64,000 nt of DNA, taken from an uncultured delta proteobacterium (GTDB taxonomy: Bacteria; Desulfobacterota; Binatia; Binatales; Binataceae). Positions 52,816 through 61,705 of this stretch are shown here, one piece after another. Numbering within the stretch: the stretch's first letter is position 1; the number at the start of each line of letters is the position of its first letter. The stretch is taken from positions 200,999 to 264,998 of the forward strand of contig CAWHTV010000004.1 of assembly GCA_963832395.1 (NCBI GenBank), written 5' to 3'. The notes below the pieces were generated by a model that worked only from the letters and a program-made list of their open reading frames with translations, was not told the DNA's origin and made no database searches. A program made the position numbers and the translations under genes.

Positions 52816-54296
52816 GATGCTGCTTCCGCCAGCAACGCGTCGTAGACCTTCAGGTCCGGCGCGCCGATCATGACCGTCGGAACGATCGGCCGCTCAGGTC
52901 TGACCGTATGACGAACCCGGTCCGCGTCGAATCGCTCGCCGCCATCCAGCAGCTCGTCCAGGGCCTGCTCCACCAGCTGCTCGCCGCTAACCGCCGCCAG
53001 GTAAAGGATTCGCACGTACTCCGGATCGGCCCGCTCGCTGTGGAAGCCGCGCAGCGCATCGTAGGTGCGTCGGAAGACGAGACTCGGGAACAACTCCTCG
53101 CGCCAGCGGTAGCGAGCAAAGGCGCCGGGCTTCTTCACCAGCGACCAGATCACGTGATGATAATCGATCCGCGCCCAGCGCTGCCCGCGCCGCCGCGGCA
53201 GCCGCTCCACCAGCTTACCCGCGTAGTACACCTCGAGTTGATCGTGATGGAGATGGACTCGGACTCGTTCGCCGATTAATCGCGCCGGAACCGAATAGGT
53301 GTGGTTAACTACCCGGATCGTGCTCCAGCGGCGGACCATGACTGTGAACGTGGTATATGCGGGCAACGCGATCACCGGCAGCGGGCGCAGATGTCCTCGC
53401 TCCTCGACCAGTTTCTCGCCGCGCAGCGCGTTGTGTTCGCGCTCGATCACTTCGCGAACCCAGCGCTGATACTCGTCCACTGATGGAAAGTCGTGGCTGC
53501 CGCGCAGCACCAGCATCTGCGCCAAGATCGACTTGGTCCGCCGATGCGCCTGCTCGACCACCCCATTCTCGTGGGCTTTGCGCGGGAAGATTCGGGTGGA
53601 CTTCAGTTCGTAATGATCCAACAGACTCTGGTAACGCCGGGTGAGGGCTCGGCCACCGCTGACCGGCAGTTCATGCGTCGCCGCCGATAGATTGTCAGAG
53701 CGCAACACTTCTACCACGCCGCCCAGCCGCCAAAGCGCCTCCTGCACCCCGAGCAGCAGCGCTTCGTAGCTTTCGCTCAACGCCACCGTCGGCCAGCGCC
53801 AGCCGCTGAAGCTCAATACCAACTCAAAGAGCAGATGCTCGAACGGTGCACCACCGATCGTCACGCCGAGTTCGTCGCAGTTGGTGAAGTCGTAGGCCGC
53901 TTCGCGTCCGGGCAGATGTTCCTGGGGAAAGAACACTTCCTTGTCCGGCCCGTTCAACGCCCGCCATTGCCGGATCCGCCGCTGTAGCGTGCGCAACTGG
54001 CCTTCGCTGAACTGCCCCGGATGCCGGCGGTTCAATTCCGTCAACAGCGTGGTCGCCTCCAATACACCCTTGGAGTCTTCCGCCAACAGCGGCTCCACTT
54101 CGCTCTCAAATACCTCGGCAAACGGATCCTTCCGCGTTCGCCAGGTGTGCGGCTTATGCCGCTGCGACGGAAGCAATCCGTGCTCCCACTTGCGCGCGCT
54201 CCGCACGCTCATTCCAGCTGCTGCCGCCGACGCCTCCTGTGTCTTGCCTGCCATCCGTCTTCTCCGCAACACCCCGACCTGCGCGTCCTTCATCAT
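52812..54296 (-). CDS. istA: IS21 transposase IstA
   Basis: Intact 494 aa with an N-terminal HTH and a DDE core (DFTN..., LRSDNLSAA..., ENGVVEQ) typical of IstA. Confidence 0.92.
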   Translation of the reverse strand: MMKDAQVGVLRRRRMAGKTQEASAAAAGMSVRSARKWEHGLLPSQRHKPHTWRTRKDPFAEVFESEVEPLLAEDSKGVLEATTLLTELNRRHPGQFSEGQLRTLQRRIRQWRALNGPDKEVFFPQEHLPGREAAYDFTNCDELGVTIGGAPFEHLLFELVLSFSGWRWPTVALSESYEALLLGVQEALWRLGGVVEVLRSDNLSAATHELPVSGGRALTRRYQSLLDHYELKSTRIFPRKAHENGVVEQAHRRTKSILAQMLVLRGSHDFPSVDEYQRWVREVIEREHNALRGEKLVEERGHLRPLPVIALPAYTTFTVMVRRWSTIRVVNHTYSVPARLIGERVRVHLHHDQLEVYYAGKLVERLPRRRGQRWARIDYHHVIWSLVKKPGAFARYRWREELFPSLVFRRTYDALRGFHSERADPEYVRILYLAAVSGEQLVEQALDELLDGGERFDADRVRHTVRPERPIVPTVMIGAPDLKVYDALLAEAAS

Positions 54297-54398
54297 GGAG
54301 CTTCACCGCCTGGCTCCACTTCTCTCGCGCGCCGCCGGGACGGCCACAACCGGCAAATCTAATTGTCGTTAGCCGGCAAATTTAATTGTCGTTGATCA

Positions 54399-54605
54399 GA
54401 ACGTCCGCTGGTCTCAGTCGACTTCGTCAACGATCCACGATCCTCGATCGTCGACGGCCCTTCGACCATGGTCGTGGACGGCACGCAAGTCAAAATTCTG
54501 GCCTGGTACGACAACGAGTGGGGCTACGTAAACCGGCTGATCGAGTTGGCGACGAAGATCGCCGCGAGCCTGCCTTCGGTGCGGCGCAGCGCCGCGGCGG
54601 TGTAG
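54399..54605 (+). pseudogene. gap: Glyceraldehyde-3-phosphate dehydrogenase, 3' part
   Basis: Removing the IS and one GAACGTC copy restores [23 protein letters not shown]...[20 protein letters not shown], with stop TAG 54603-54605. Confidence 0.9.
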
Positions 54606-54609
54606 GACA

Positions 54610-55863
54610 GTGGAAGTGAGAAACGCCGGACGCAACTATGCCCTGGTCACCGGCGCCTACTGGGGTTTCACGCTCACCGACGGCGCTCTCAGAATGCTGG
54701 TGCTCTTGCACTTTGACCGGCTTGGGTACAGCGCGGTCGAGATTGCTTTCCTGTTCCTGTTCTACGAATTTTTCGGCATCGTCACGAACCTGCTCGGCGG
54801 CTGGATAGCCGCCCGTTCCGGATTGAAAGTCACCCTATACGGCGGGTTGCTTCTGCAAATCATCGCCTTGATCATGCTCGCCTTCCTGCAGCCGGCCTGG
54901 GCTCGACTGACCTCGGTCGCCTACGTCATGGCGGCACAGGCGCTCTCCGGAATCGCGAAAGACCTGACCAAGATGAGCGCCAAAAGCGCCATCAAGGTCG
55001 TGGTCCCGGAAGGCGAGGACGGCGCCCTCTTCAAATGGGTCGCTCGCCTCACCGGATCCAAGAATGCGCTCAAGGGAGCCGGCTTCTTCCTCGGGGCGGC
55101 GCTGCTGACCGCACTTGGATTTGCAGGGTCTCTCGTCGCGATGGCCGCGGGGCTCACGATCGTTCTGCTAGGCACCGTCGGCGCGCTTCCGAGCGGAATG
55201 GGAAAGGCCAAGTCGAAAGTCAAATTTACGACTTTGTTCTCGAAAAGCGTGGCGGTGAACTGGCTTTCGGCCGCGCGGCTGTTTTTGTTCTCTGCGCGCG
55301 ATGTCTGGTTCGTCGTCGGGCTGCCAGTGTTCCTCGCGTCGACGCTTGGATGGTCCTTCATGCAGGTCGGCGCGTTCGTCGCCGCCTGGTTTGTTGGCTA
55401 CGGCATGATCCAGGCAATCGTGCCAGAACTTCTCCGTCAATTGGGCGCGCGGCAGGGCGTGACCGGAGACACGGCCCGCCTCTGGGCTTTCGTGCTAACC
55501 GTTATTCCGATTGCTTTGGCATCCGCCCTTGAGCTTGGGGCACGGCCGGCCCCTGCACTCATGATCGGGCTAACGATCTTCATGGTCGTCTTTGCGATCA
55601 ATTCCGCCGTGCACTCGTACCTGATCCTCGCCTACTCGGATGACGATGAGGTGGCGACCAACGTGGGCTTCTATTACATGGCCAACGCCGGCGGCAGACT
55701 TTTAGGCACACTGTTATCCGGTGTGATTTTCGAAGCCTATGGATTTGTGGGCTGTCTGTTTGCCTCGGCCGCTCTGGTGCTTGCTGCCGGTGTTTTGTCC
55801 TTCAACTTGCCGAGTGCACGGGCAATTCCGCTTACGGTCAGACTGAAAGAGGCTGACGCCTAG
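54610..55863 (+). CDS. arsJ: Organoarsenical efflux MFS permease ArsJ
   Basis: RNYALVTGAYWGFTLTDGALRMLVLLHF and FLFYEFFGIVTNLLGGW. Lies immediately downstream of gap, as in known gap-arsJ pairs. Confidence 0.85.
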   Translation: MEVRNAGRNYALVTGAYWGFTLTDGALRMLVLLHFDRLGYSAVEIAFLFLFYEFFGIVTNLLGGWIAARSGLKVTLYGGLLLQIIALIMLAFLQPAWARLTSVAYVMAAQALSGIAKDLTKMSAKSAIKVVVPEGEDGALFKWVARLTGSKNALKGAGFFLGAALLTALGFAGSLVAMAAGLTIVLLGTVGALPSGMGKAKSKVKFTTLFSKSVAVNWLSAARLFLFSARDVWFVVGLPVFLASTLGWSFMQVGAFVAAWFVGYGMIQAIVPELLRQLGARQGVTGDTARLWAFVLTVIPIALASALELGARPAPALMIGLTIFMVVFAINSAVHSYLILAYSDDDEVATNVGFYYMANAGGRLLGTLLSGVIFEAYGFVGCLFASAALVLAAGVLSFNLPSARAIPLTVRLKEADA

Positions 55864-55955
55864 GCCGAGGTCTCGCTTCGTAAACGCGGGACCTGGAGCA
55901 CGCGCGCCAGGTCCAATAGCTCTCGCAGCGATTAAAGCTGTCGACGGAGAAGCTC

Positions 55956-57113
55956 GTGAAGACCAAAGCCAGGTTGAAAATAGCATCCGCGGTTTTCCTG
56001 CTCACTCTATCGCTCGCATCAATGCCGATTGCTGGCGCACAAACGGATCGGCTAGCGATCAATGGCGATGGCTCGACCTTCGCCTATCCGATGTACAGCA
56101 AATGGATCGATGAATATCAGAAGGACAATCCAGCCGTGCATTTTACATACGTGTCGAACGGCTCGGGCGCAGGCATCCATGACGTTATGATGGGGACCGT
56201 CGACTTTGCCGGCACTGACGGTCCACTGAACAAGGTCCAGATGTTGGACTTCAGCACTCACCGGAACTGCGAGGTGCTGCACTTTCCGACCGCGATAGGA
56301 GCGGACGTGCCAATTTACAATGTGCCGGGAGTCACTGGAGGTCTCAATTTCACTCCACAGGCGCTCGCCGGCATATATCTGGGAAAAATCACCAAATGGA
56401 ACGATCCCGAGATCGCCAAACCCAATCCGAACGTATCGCTGCCCGCCAACGATATTGTGGTTGTCCGCCGGCAAGACGGAAGCGGGACCACCTACGTATG
56501 GACTGACTATCTAACTAAAGTCAGCGCGGACTGGCAGCAGCGCGTAGGGACGGGAGTTTCGGTCATATGGCCGGTCGGGCTCGCCGCCAAAGGCAACCAA
56601 GGCGTTGTGCAGGTGGTCGCACACACGCCTTATTCTATCGGCTATTCCGAGCTCACGTATGCGATTCGAAATCGATTGTCCTATGGGAGCGTCGCTAACC
56701 GCAGCGGCCAATTCATCAAGGCCAATCTTGCGAGCGTGACGGCCGCTGCCGCCGGAGCGGCGGACAAAATGCCTGAGGACTTTCGCATCTCGATTACCGA
56801 CGCGCCAGGTCAGGACGCCTATCCTATTTCGAGCTTCACCTGGATGCTGATCCCTTCTGTTATCGGTGACGCAGCAAAACGCACCGCGCTCATAGGATTT
56901 CTGCAGTGGGGTTTGACCAAGGGCCAGGATTACCTCGAACCTTTGTTCTATGCACGGATCCCCAGCGCAGTAATCGCCAAGGAAAAGAAGGCAATCGCCA
57001 AGATAAGGTCGTCCAGCGGAAGCGAAGCGGCTGCGAGACACGTCGAAAGTTGTTGCCACGCGAGACGCCATGACGCGATAGCGGCCTCGGCCATCAGAAT
57101 TGCCGGCTTATGA
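55956..57113 (+). CDS. pstS: PstS-family periplasmic phosphate(-like oxyanion)-binding protein
   Basis: Signal peptide, then GDGSTFAYPMYSKW, SNGSGAGI, RQDGSGTTYVW and PISSFTWMLIP. Confidence 0.8.
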   Translation: MKTKARLKIASAVFLLTLSLASMPIAGAQTDRLAINGDGSTFAYPMYSKWIDEYQKDNPAVHFTYVSNGSGAGIHDVMMGTVDFAGTDGPLNKVQMLDFSTHRNCEVLHFPTAIGADVPIYNVPGVTGGLNFTPQALAGIYLGKITKWNDPEIAKPNPNVSLPANDIVVVRRQDGSGTTYVWTDYLTKVSADWQQRVGTGVSVIWPVGLAAKGNQGVVQVVAHTPYSIGYSELTYAIRNRLSYGSVANRSGQFIKANLASVTAAAAGAADKMPEDFRISITDAPGQDAYPISSFTWMLIPSVIGDAAKRTALIGFLQWGLTKGQDYLEPLFYARIPSAVIAKEKKAIAKIRSSSGSEAAARHVESCCHARRHDAIAASAIRIAGL

Positions 57114-57214
57114 CTAAGACCGCGCTCGCTTGAAAGCCTTCCGGATCGTCGTCTCATGGCTTGCAGGCAGCGGCTTGATCTCTCCTATATTTCTATGATA
57201 CTAGAATTGTCGTA

Positions 57215-57613
57215 ATGGTACGGCGAGTCGAACAGTTCAGCGCCTTGGGGCAAGAGGACCGGCTGGAGATCTTCCGCTTGTTGGTCCGCGCGGGACCGGA
57301 AGGCAATTGCGTGGACGATATCAAGCGGCGGCTCAAGATGCCGGGCTCCACTCTTTCTCATCATCTGTACGCGCTGACTCGTTCCGGCCTGCTGAGCGCA
57401 CGGCGCTCCGGTCGCTTCATCTTTTACGCCGTGAACTGGCGCGAGACTGCAAGCCTGATTCGCTTTCTCACCGAGGATTGCTGCGCCGAGATGCATACAA
57501 AGCTCGCTCAGACCGCTGGCTCGAAGACGCCAGATAAAGGTGGCGCCAATGAGGATTCGTGCTGCGGAGAGGATCAACCGGCCGCTCCAAGAACCAGGCG
57601 CAGGCGGCCCTAA
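57215..57613 (+). CDS. arsR: ArsR/SmtB-family metalloregulator
   Basis: DRLEIFRLLV...STLSHHLYALTRSGLL. C-terminal Cys pairs EDCCAE and SCCGE. Confidence 0.85.
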   Translation: MVRRVEQFSALGQEDRLEIFRLLVRAGPEGNCVDDIKRRLKMPGSTLSHHLYALTRSGLLSARRSGRFIFYAVNWRETASLIRFLTEDCCAEMHTKLAQTAGSKTPDKGGANEDSCCGEDQPAAPRTRRRRP

Positions 57614-57632
57614 AGCTGCGGGAGGCAAGAAA

Positions 57633-58450
57633 ATGGGAGACCAGTCTTCGATAAAAGAACAGGTCAGGGAAAATTACGCGCGTGCCGCTCGGCGCGTCTC
57701 GACCCAGGACGGCGGCTGCTGCGGCACCGCCGCCCCCTGCGGCAATCCGATCACCTCGAACCTTTACGCCGACAGCGAGACCGGGGCACTGCCGACGGAA
57801 GCGGTCGCCGCGTCGCTCGGATGCGGCAATCCAACCGCGCTCGCCGAGCTGAAAGCCGGGCGAGACAGTGCTCGACCTCGGCTCCGGCGGCGGCATCGAC
57901 GTGTTGCTCTCGGCGCGCCGCGTCGGCCCGGCGGGCAAGGCTTACGGACTCGACATGACCGACGAGATGCTCGCCCTGGCGCGCGAGAACCAGCGCAAGG
58001 CCGGCGCGCAGAATGTCGAGTTCCTGAAGGGCGAGATCGAAAACATCCCGCTGCCCGACAATTCGGTGGACGTGATCATCTCGAATTGCGTGATCAACCT
58101 CTCGGGCGACAAGGACCGCGTACTGGCCGAGGCGTTTCGCGTGCTGCGTCCCGGCGGCCGTTTCGCGGTCTCGGACGTGGTGGTGCGCGGCGAGGTCCCG
58201 GCCGCCATCCGCCGCAGCGTGCGAGCTATGGATCGGATGCGTCGCCGGAGCGCTGGAGGAATCCGAGTACCGGGCGAAGCTGAGCGGCGCCGGATTTGAA
58301 CAGGTCGAGGTCGAGCCGACCCGCATCTACCGCGCGGAAGATGCCACCGAGTTCTTCGCCCGCGCAAATCTCGACATCGAAAAAATCGCGCCGATGGTCG
58401 AGGGCAAATTCATGAGCGCCTTCGTCCGCGCCCGCAAACCAATCTCGTAG
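57633..58450 (+). CDS. arsM: Arsenite S-adenosylmethionine methyltransferase (frame breaks near 57860 and 58230)
   Basis: ATG after GGAGG. Cys-rich N-terminus ([11 protein letters not shown]), SAM motif [18 protein letters not shown], and the ending [11 protein letters not shown] in a third frame. Confidence 0.85.
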
Positions 58451-58571
58451 AGCTGCTTCGTCGCAACGTTCGAAAATATCGAGATGGCCTATACGACTCT
58501 TACTTTTGCGGTATGCCTCTTCGGGGAAATTCTCGTTGGCAATCCAGCATCGTGGCGAAGTGAACAGACTC

Positions 58572-59405
58572 ATGCAGAACAATTTCGAATCTGAGTTGTT
58601 GGTGACGACTGATTGGTTGACGGCACATCTTGACGATCTCGACATCCGCGTCGTTGATACGCGCAAGGGCGACGGCTACGACATAGCGCACATACCGCGC
58701 GCAGTCCGTTATCCGGCGCCCACCACCCCGTTCCTCAAGGAAAACGGTCGCGTGCCGAGCGCTGAGAGATTTGCCGCGCTCATGTCAGAGATGGGGATCG
58801 GCGACGCGAGGCTCGTGATCGCCTACGATGACGGCAACAATCTTTTCGCCGCGCGGTTGTGGTGGACGCTCAATTATTACGGGCATCGTCAGGTGAGGCT
58901 GCTCAATGGCGGTTGGGATTTGTGGGTTGCGGAAGGGCGCGCTGTCGCAGGTGCGCCCGCAAGTCCGAATCCCGCTAGCTTTACTCCAAAAATCGACGAG
59001 AGCTGGATCGCTGAATGGGAGCAGGTGCGCGCGGCGATCAAAAATCCGGCCTGCAGCATTCTCGATGTTCGCGCGGACAAGGAATGGACTGGCGAGGACC
59101 CGATGGGAACGAAGCGCGGCGGACACGTTCCAGGCGCAGTTCACTTGGACTGGCGCGAGACGATTGATCAAGCTAGCAAATGTTTCAAGCCCGAATCGGC
59201 GCTGCGACAGATGTTCGCGCAGGCAGGGCTCTCGCCGGATAAGGAAGTTATCACGTACTGCCAGGGTGGCATCCGGGCAGCCCACACCGCATTCGCCCTG
59301 CGGTTGGCCGGCTATGAACAGGTGCGAAACTACGAGCGTTCGTGGTACGAATGGGGCAACCGCGAGGACCTTCCAATCGAGTGCCCGCGAGGCACCGCGA
59401 AGTGA
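58572..59405 (+). CDS. Two-domain rhodanese sulfurtransferase
   Basis: [13 protein letters not shown], active-site loop [10 protein letters not shown]. Intact. Confidence 0.8.
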   Translation: MQNNFESELLVTTDWLTAHLDDLDIRVVDTRKGDGYDIAHIPRAVRYPAPTTPFLKENGRVPSAERFAALMSEMGIGDARLVIAYDDGNNLFAARLWWTLNYYGHRQVRLLNGGWDLWVAEGRAVAGAPASPNPASFTPKIDESWIAEWEQVRAAIKNPACSILDVRADKEWTGEDPMGTKRGGHVPGAVHLDWRETIDQASKCFKPESALRQMFAQAGLSPDKEVITYCQGGIRAAHTAFALRLAGYEQVRNYERSWYEWGNREDLPIECPRGTAK

Positions 59406-59614
59406 GGGGGCTGCTCTTCCTGTGCGTCCGGAACTCCGCCCGGAGCCAGATGGCGGAAGGGCTAGCGCGCAGGATTTTCGAAAGCGCCGTGCGCGTTCAA
59501 AGCGCCGGCTCGCGACCGGCCGGAGTTGATTCGCTCGCGGTCGCTGCGATGGCGGAGATTGGGATCGACATTTCCGCTCAGACATCGGTGCGGAGGAGAA
59601 TCGCTGCGCGTTGA
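59402..59614 (+). pseudogene. arsC: LMW-PTP-type arsenate reductase remnant (N-terminal ~70 codons only)
   Basis: GTG overlaps the rhodanese stop. [17 protein letters not shown] carries the CX5R loop. Similarity ends where repeat copy D begins. Confidence 0.6.
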
Positions 59615-59648
59615 TCCTTCGACTCGCGCGGCGCTCGCTCAGGATGAC
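59613..59648 (-). repeat. GTCATCCTGAGCG repeat family, copy D (single arm)
   Basis: The reverse complement reads GTCATCCTGAGCGAGCGCCGCGCGAGTCGAAGGATC. Confidence 0.7.
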
Positions 59649-59702
59649 GGAGAAGGGGTGGCTTGCGCTCAGCGGCGGCTCCGCGCGCGAGTGGGCGGCG
59701 CC

Positions 59703-60782
59703 TTACGCGAGATAGCCGGCGTGCTGCAAATATTCCGCGAGCAGCACCGCGCCGCGCCCCGCGCCCATCGCCGCGTTGTGCGTGACCAGCACGTACTTCA
59801 CCCCGTTGGGCAGGACTTCATCGGTGCGGATCCGTCCGACCGAAGTCGTCATCCCGCGCTCGGCGTCGCGGTCCAGCCGCGGCTGCGGGCGCATCGGGTC
59901 ACGATGCACGGTAATCATGTGCCGCGGCGAGTTGGGCAGGCCGAGCGCGGTGAATTCGCGCCCGAAACTTTCGAACGCCTCGCTTACCGCGTCGATCCCA
60001 GCCGCCTTCTTCAGCGACACCGCGACCGCCTCGGTATGCCCATTGAGCACCGCGGCGCGCGTGCAGGTCGCGCTCACGCGAAGCGGCAGTTCGGCGATGC
60101 CGCCTTCGGCCATGCGGCCGAGGATTTTGCGCGTCTCGAGCATCACCCGCTCCTCTTCGCGCGGGATGAACGGGATGACGTTCTCGACGATGTCGAGCGC
60201 GGGCAGGTCGCGTCCGGCGCCCGAGATACCCTGCATCGTCGTCACCATCGTGGCCTCGACGCCGAAACGCGCATCGAGCGCCTTCAGCGTGATCGCAAGG
60301 CCGGTCGCGGTGCAGTTGGGCAGCGTCGCGATATAGCCTTTCCATCCGCGGCGCCGGCGCTGCTCGTTCACTAGCGCGAGATGGTCGAGGTTGACGCCGG
60401 GGATCAACAGCGGCACGTCGGGCTCCATCCGATGCGGCCGGGCGGTGCTGATGGTTGGAACCAGGGCGGCGTAAATCGGCTCCAGCTCGCGCGCGGCCTC
60501 GGATTCGACCGCGGCAAACACCACGCCAATCCCGTCGAGGCCTAGCGACTTCGCGTCCTGCACTTCGAGGCCAAGCGCTTCGGCCGGCGGCTCGCAACCG
60601 CCGACGTACCATCGCCGCACGCCGCTTTGCGCGTCGGTTATCGCCTCGGCAAAGGTCTTGCCCGCCGAGCGCTCGGAAGCGGCCAGCGCGGCGATTTCGA
60701 AATACGGATGGCCATCCAGAGCGGCCAGCACCTGCTGACCGGCAATTCCGGTGGCGCCAACGATTGCGGCTTTGATCTTCAT
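59703..60782 (-). CDS. asd: Aspartate-semialdehyde dehydrogenase
   Basis: Intact 359 aa. KAAIVGATGIAGQ Rossmann motif and the active-site Cys in LPNCTATGL. Confidence 0.8.
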   Translation of the reverse strand: MKIKAAIVGATGIAGQQVLAALDGHPYFEIAALAASERSAGKTFAEAITDAQSGVRRWYVGGCEPPAEALGLEVQDAKSLGLDGIGVVFAAVESEAARELEPIYAALVPTISTARPHRMEPDVPLLIPGVNLDHLALVNEQRRRRGWKGYIATLPNCTATGLAITLKALDARFGVEATMVTTMQGISGAGRDLPALDIVENVIPFIPREEERVMLETRKILGRMAEGGIAELPLRVSATCTRAAVLNGHTEAVAVSLKKAAGIDAVSEAFESFGREFTALGLPNSPRHMITVHRDPMRPQPRLDRDAERGMTTSVGRIRTDEVLPNGVKYVLVTHNAAMGAGRGAVLLAEYLQHAGYLA

Positions 60783-60901
60783 CTCCAGGGTCGAGTATCT
60801 GAAAGTTTGGAGCTTAACAGATTATAGATGCCGGCCGGCGCGATCCATATGGCGCGCGGGGCCGGGCTGCCGGGGCGAACGCGGCGCGATCAGAGGCGCG
60901 G

Positions 60902-61626
60902 TCAGAATCGATTGACTAGCCAATCGCGGACCGTCTCGAGCAGTTCGTCTGCCGCCTCGGTAAAACGATGGCCGACGCCGGGAAAAAGCTTGAGCGTCCT
61001 CGGCTCCTGCGCGCGATCGTAAATCCGCTCGGAACATTCGTGCGGCAAAATCGTGTCGGCCGTGCCGTGCAGCAGCAACAGCGGACGCGGCGCGAGCTCG
61101 GCGACCACGTGCGCGCCCGCGAGCTGACTTGAAACCGCGATCACCGTCGTCACCATCGGAGCGAGCGTGCCCGCGTTGATCGCGACCGCGCCGCCGAAGG
61201 AATGGCCAATCAGCGCCGCGCGCTCGTACCGCATCGCCTTGAGAAACGTCAGCCCCGCCATCGTGTCGAGCACGCATTCGCCGAACTCGTTGGGCATCCG
61301 GTAATTGAGCCGCGCCACCGTGATTCCCAGCCGCGGCAGCTCCTGCCCCAGCCGCACGTAGAGCATCCCGGGGCCGTCGAAACCGCCGAGCGCGCCGCTG
61401 ATGCAAAGCACGGCGCGGCCGGGAGTTTCAGCCGCGCGTACGTCAGGCGTACTTTCTTCGGGCGCATACACTTCGGGCGCATGCACTTCGGCGCATGCAC
61501 TTCAGGCGCATGTATGATGATGGGGATCTCGCCCCGCGTGGTGCGCAATTTCAGGCGGCGCGCGCCGGCGATTTCGTCACCCGGATCGACGCCGACAATA
61601 CGTAGGTTGAGTTCGTCGTCGCTCAT
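60902..61626 (-). CDS. Alpha/beta (dienelactone-type) hydrolase with N-terminal HAPEV repeats (frame break near 61490)
   Basis: Nucleophile elbow LIGHSFGG and the HG..D triad region LLLHGTADTILP. ORFs 61249..61626 and 60902..61486 join inside the tandem repeat. Confidence 0.7.
61462..61516. repeat. 15-nt tandem repeat (GCGCATGCACTTCGG-like, about 3.7 units)
   Basis: Units at 61462-61476 (15 nt), 61477-61490 (14 nt) and 61491-61505 (15 nt), plus a partial unit. Encodes HAPEV repeats on the minus strand. Confidence 0.8.
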
Positions 61627-61705
61627 CGCAGCTCGACGGGCGGCGGCGCCGGCAAAGCCGGCGCCGCTCTGGCGCGGCCCGCTTCAAGCGGCACATACAT
61701 CGAGT

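Larger units (their letters stand above)
51761..54398 (-). mobile_element. IS21-family insertion sequence (istA-istB), 2638 bp, flanked by a 7-bp target-site duplication GAACGTC
   Basis: Ends TGTTCGGCGTCAAC... and ...GTTGATCA form imperfect inverted repeats starting with TG/CA. TTTGCCGG-type subterminal repeats occur twice at each end. Direct repeats lie at 51754-51760 and 54399-54405. Confidence 0.93.

Noticed and set aside
57191-57206. Short inverted repeat TTCTA-N6-TAGAA before the second arsR as its operator
   Set aside because: The arms are only 5 bp in an AT-rich patch, too weak to distinguish from chance without binding data.
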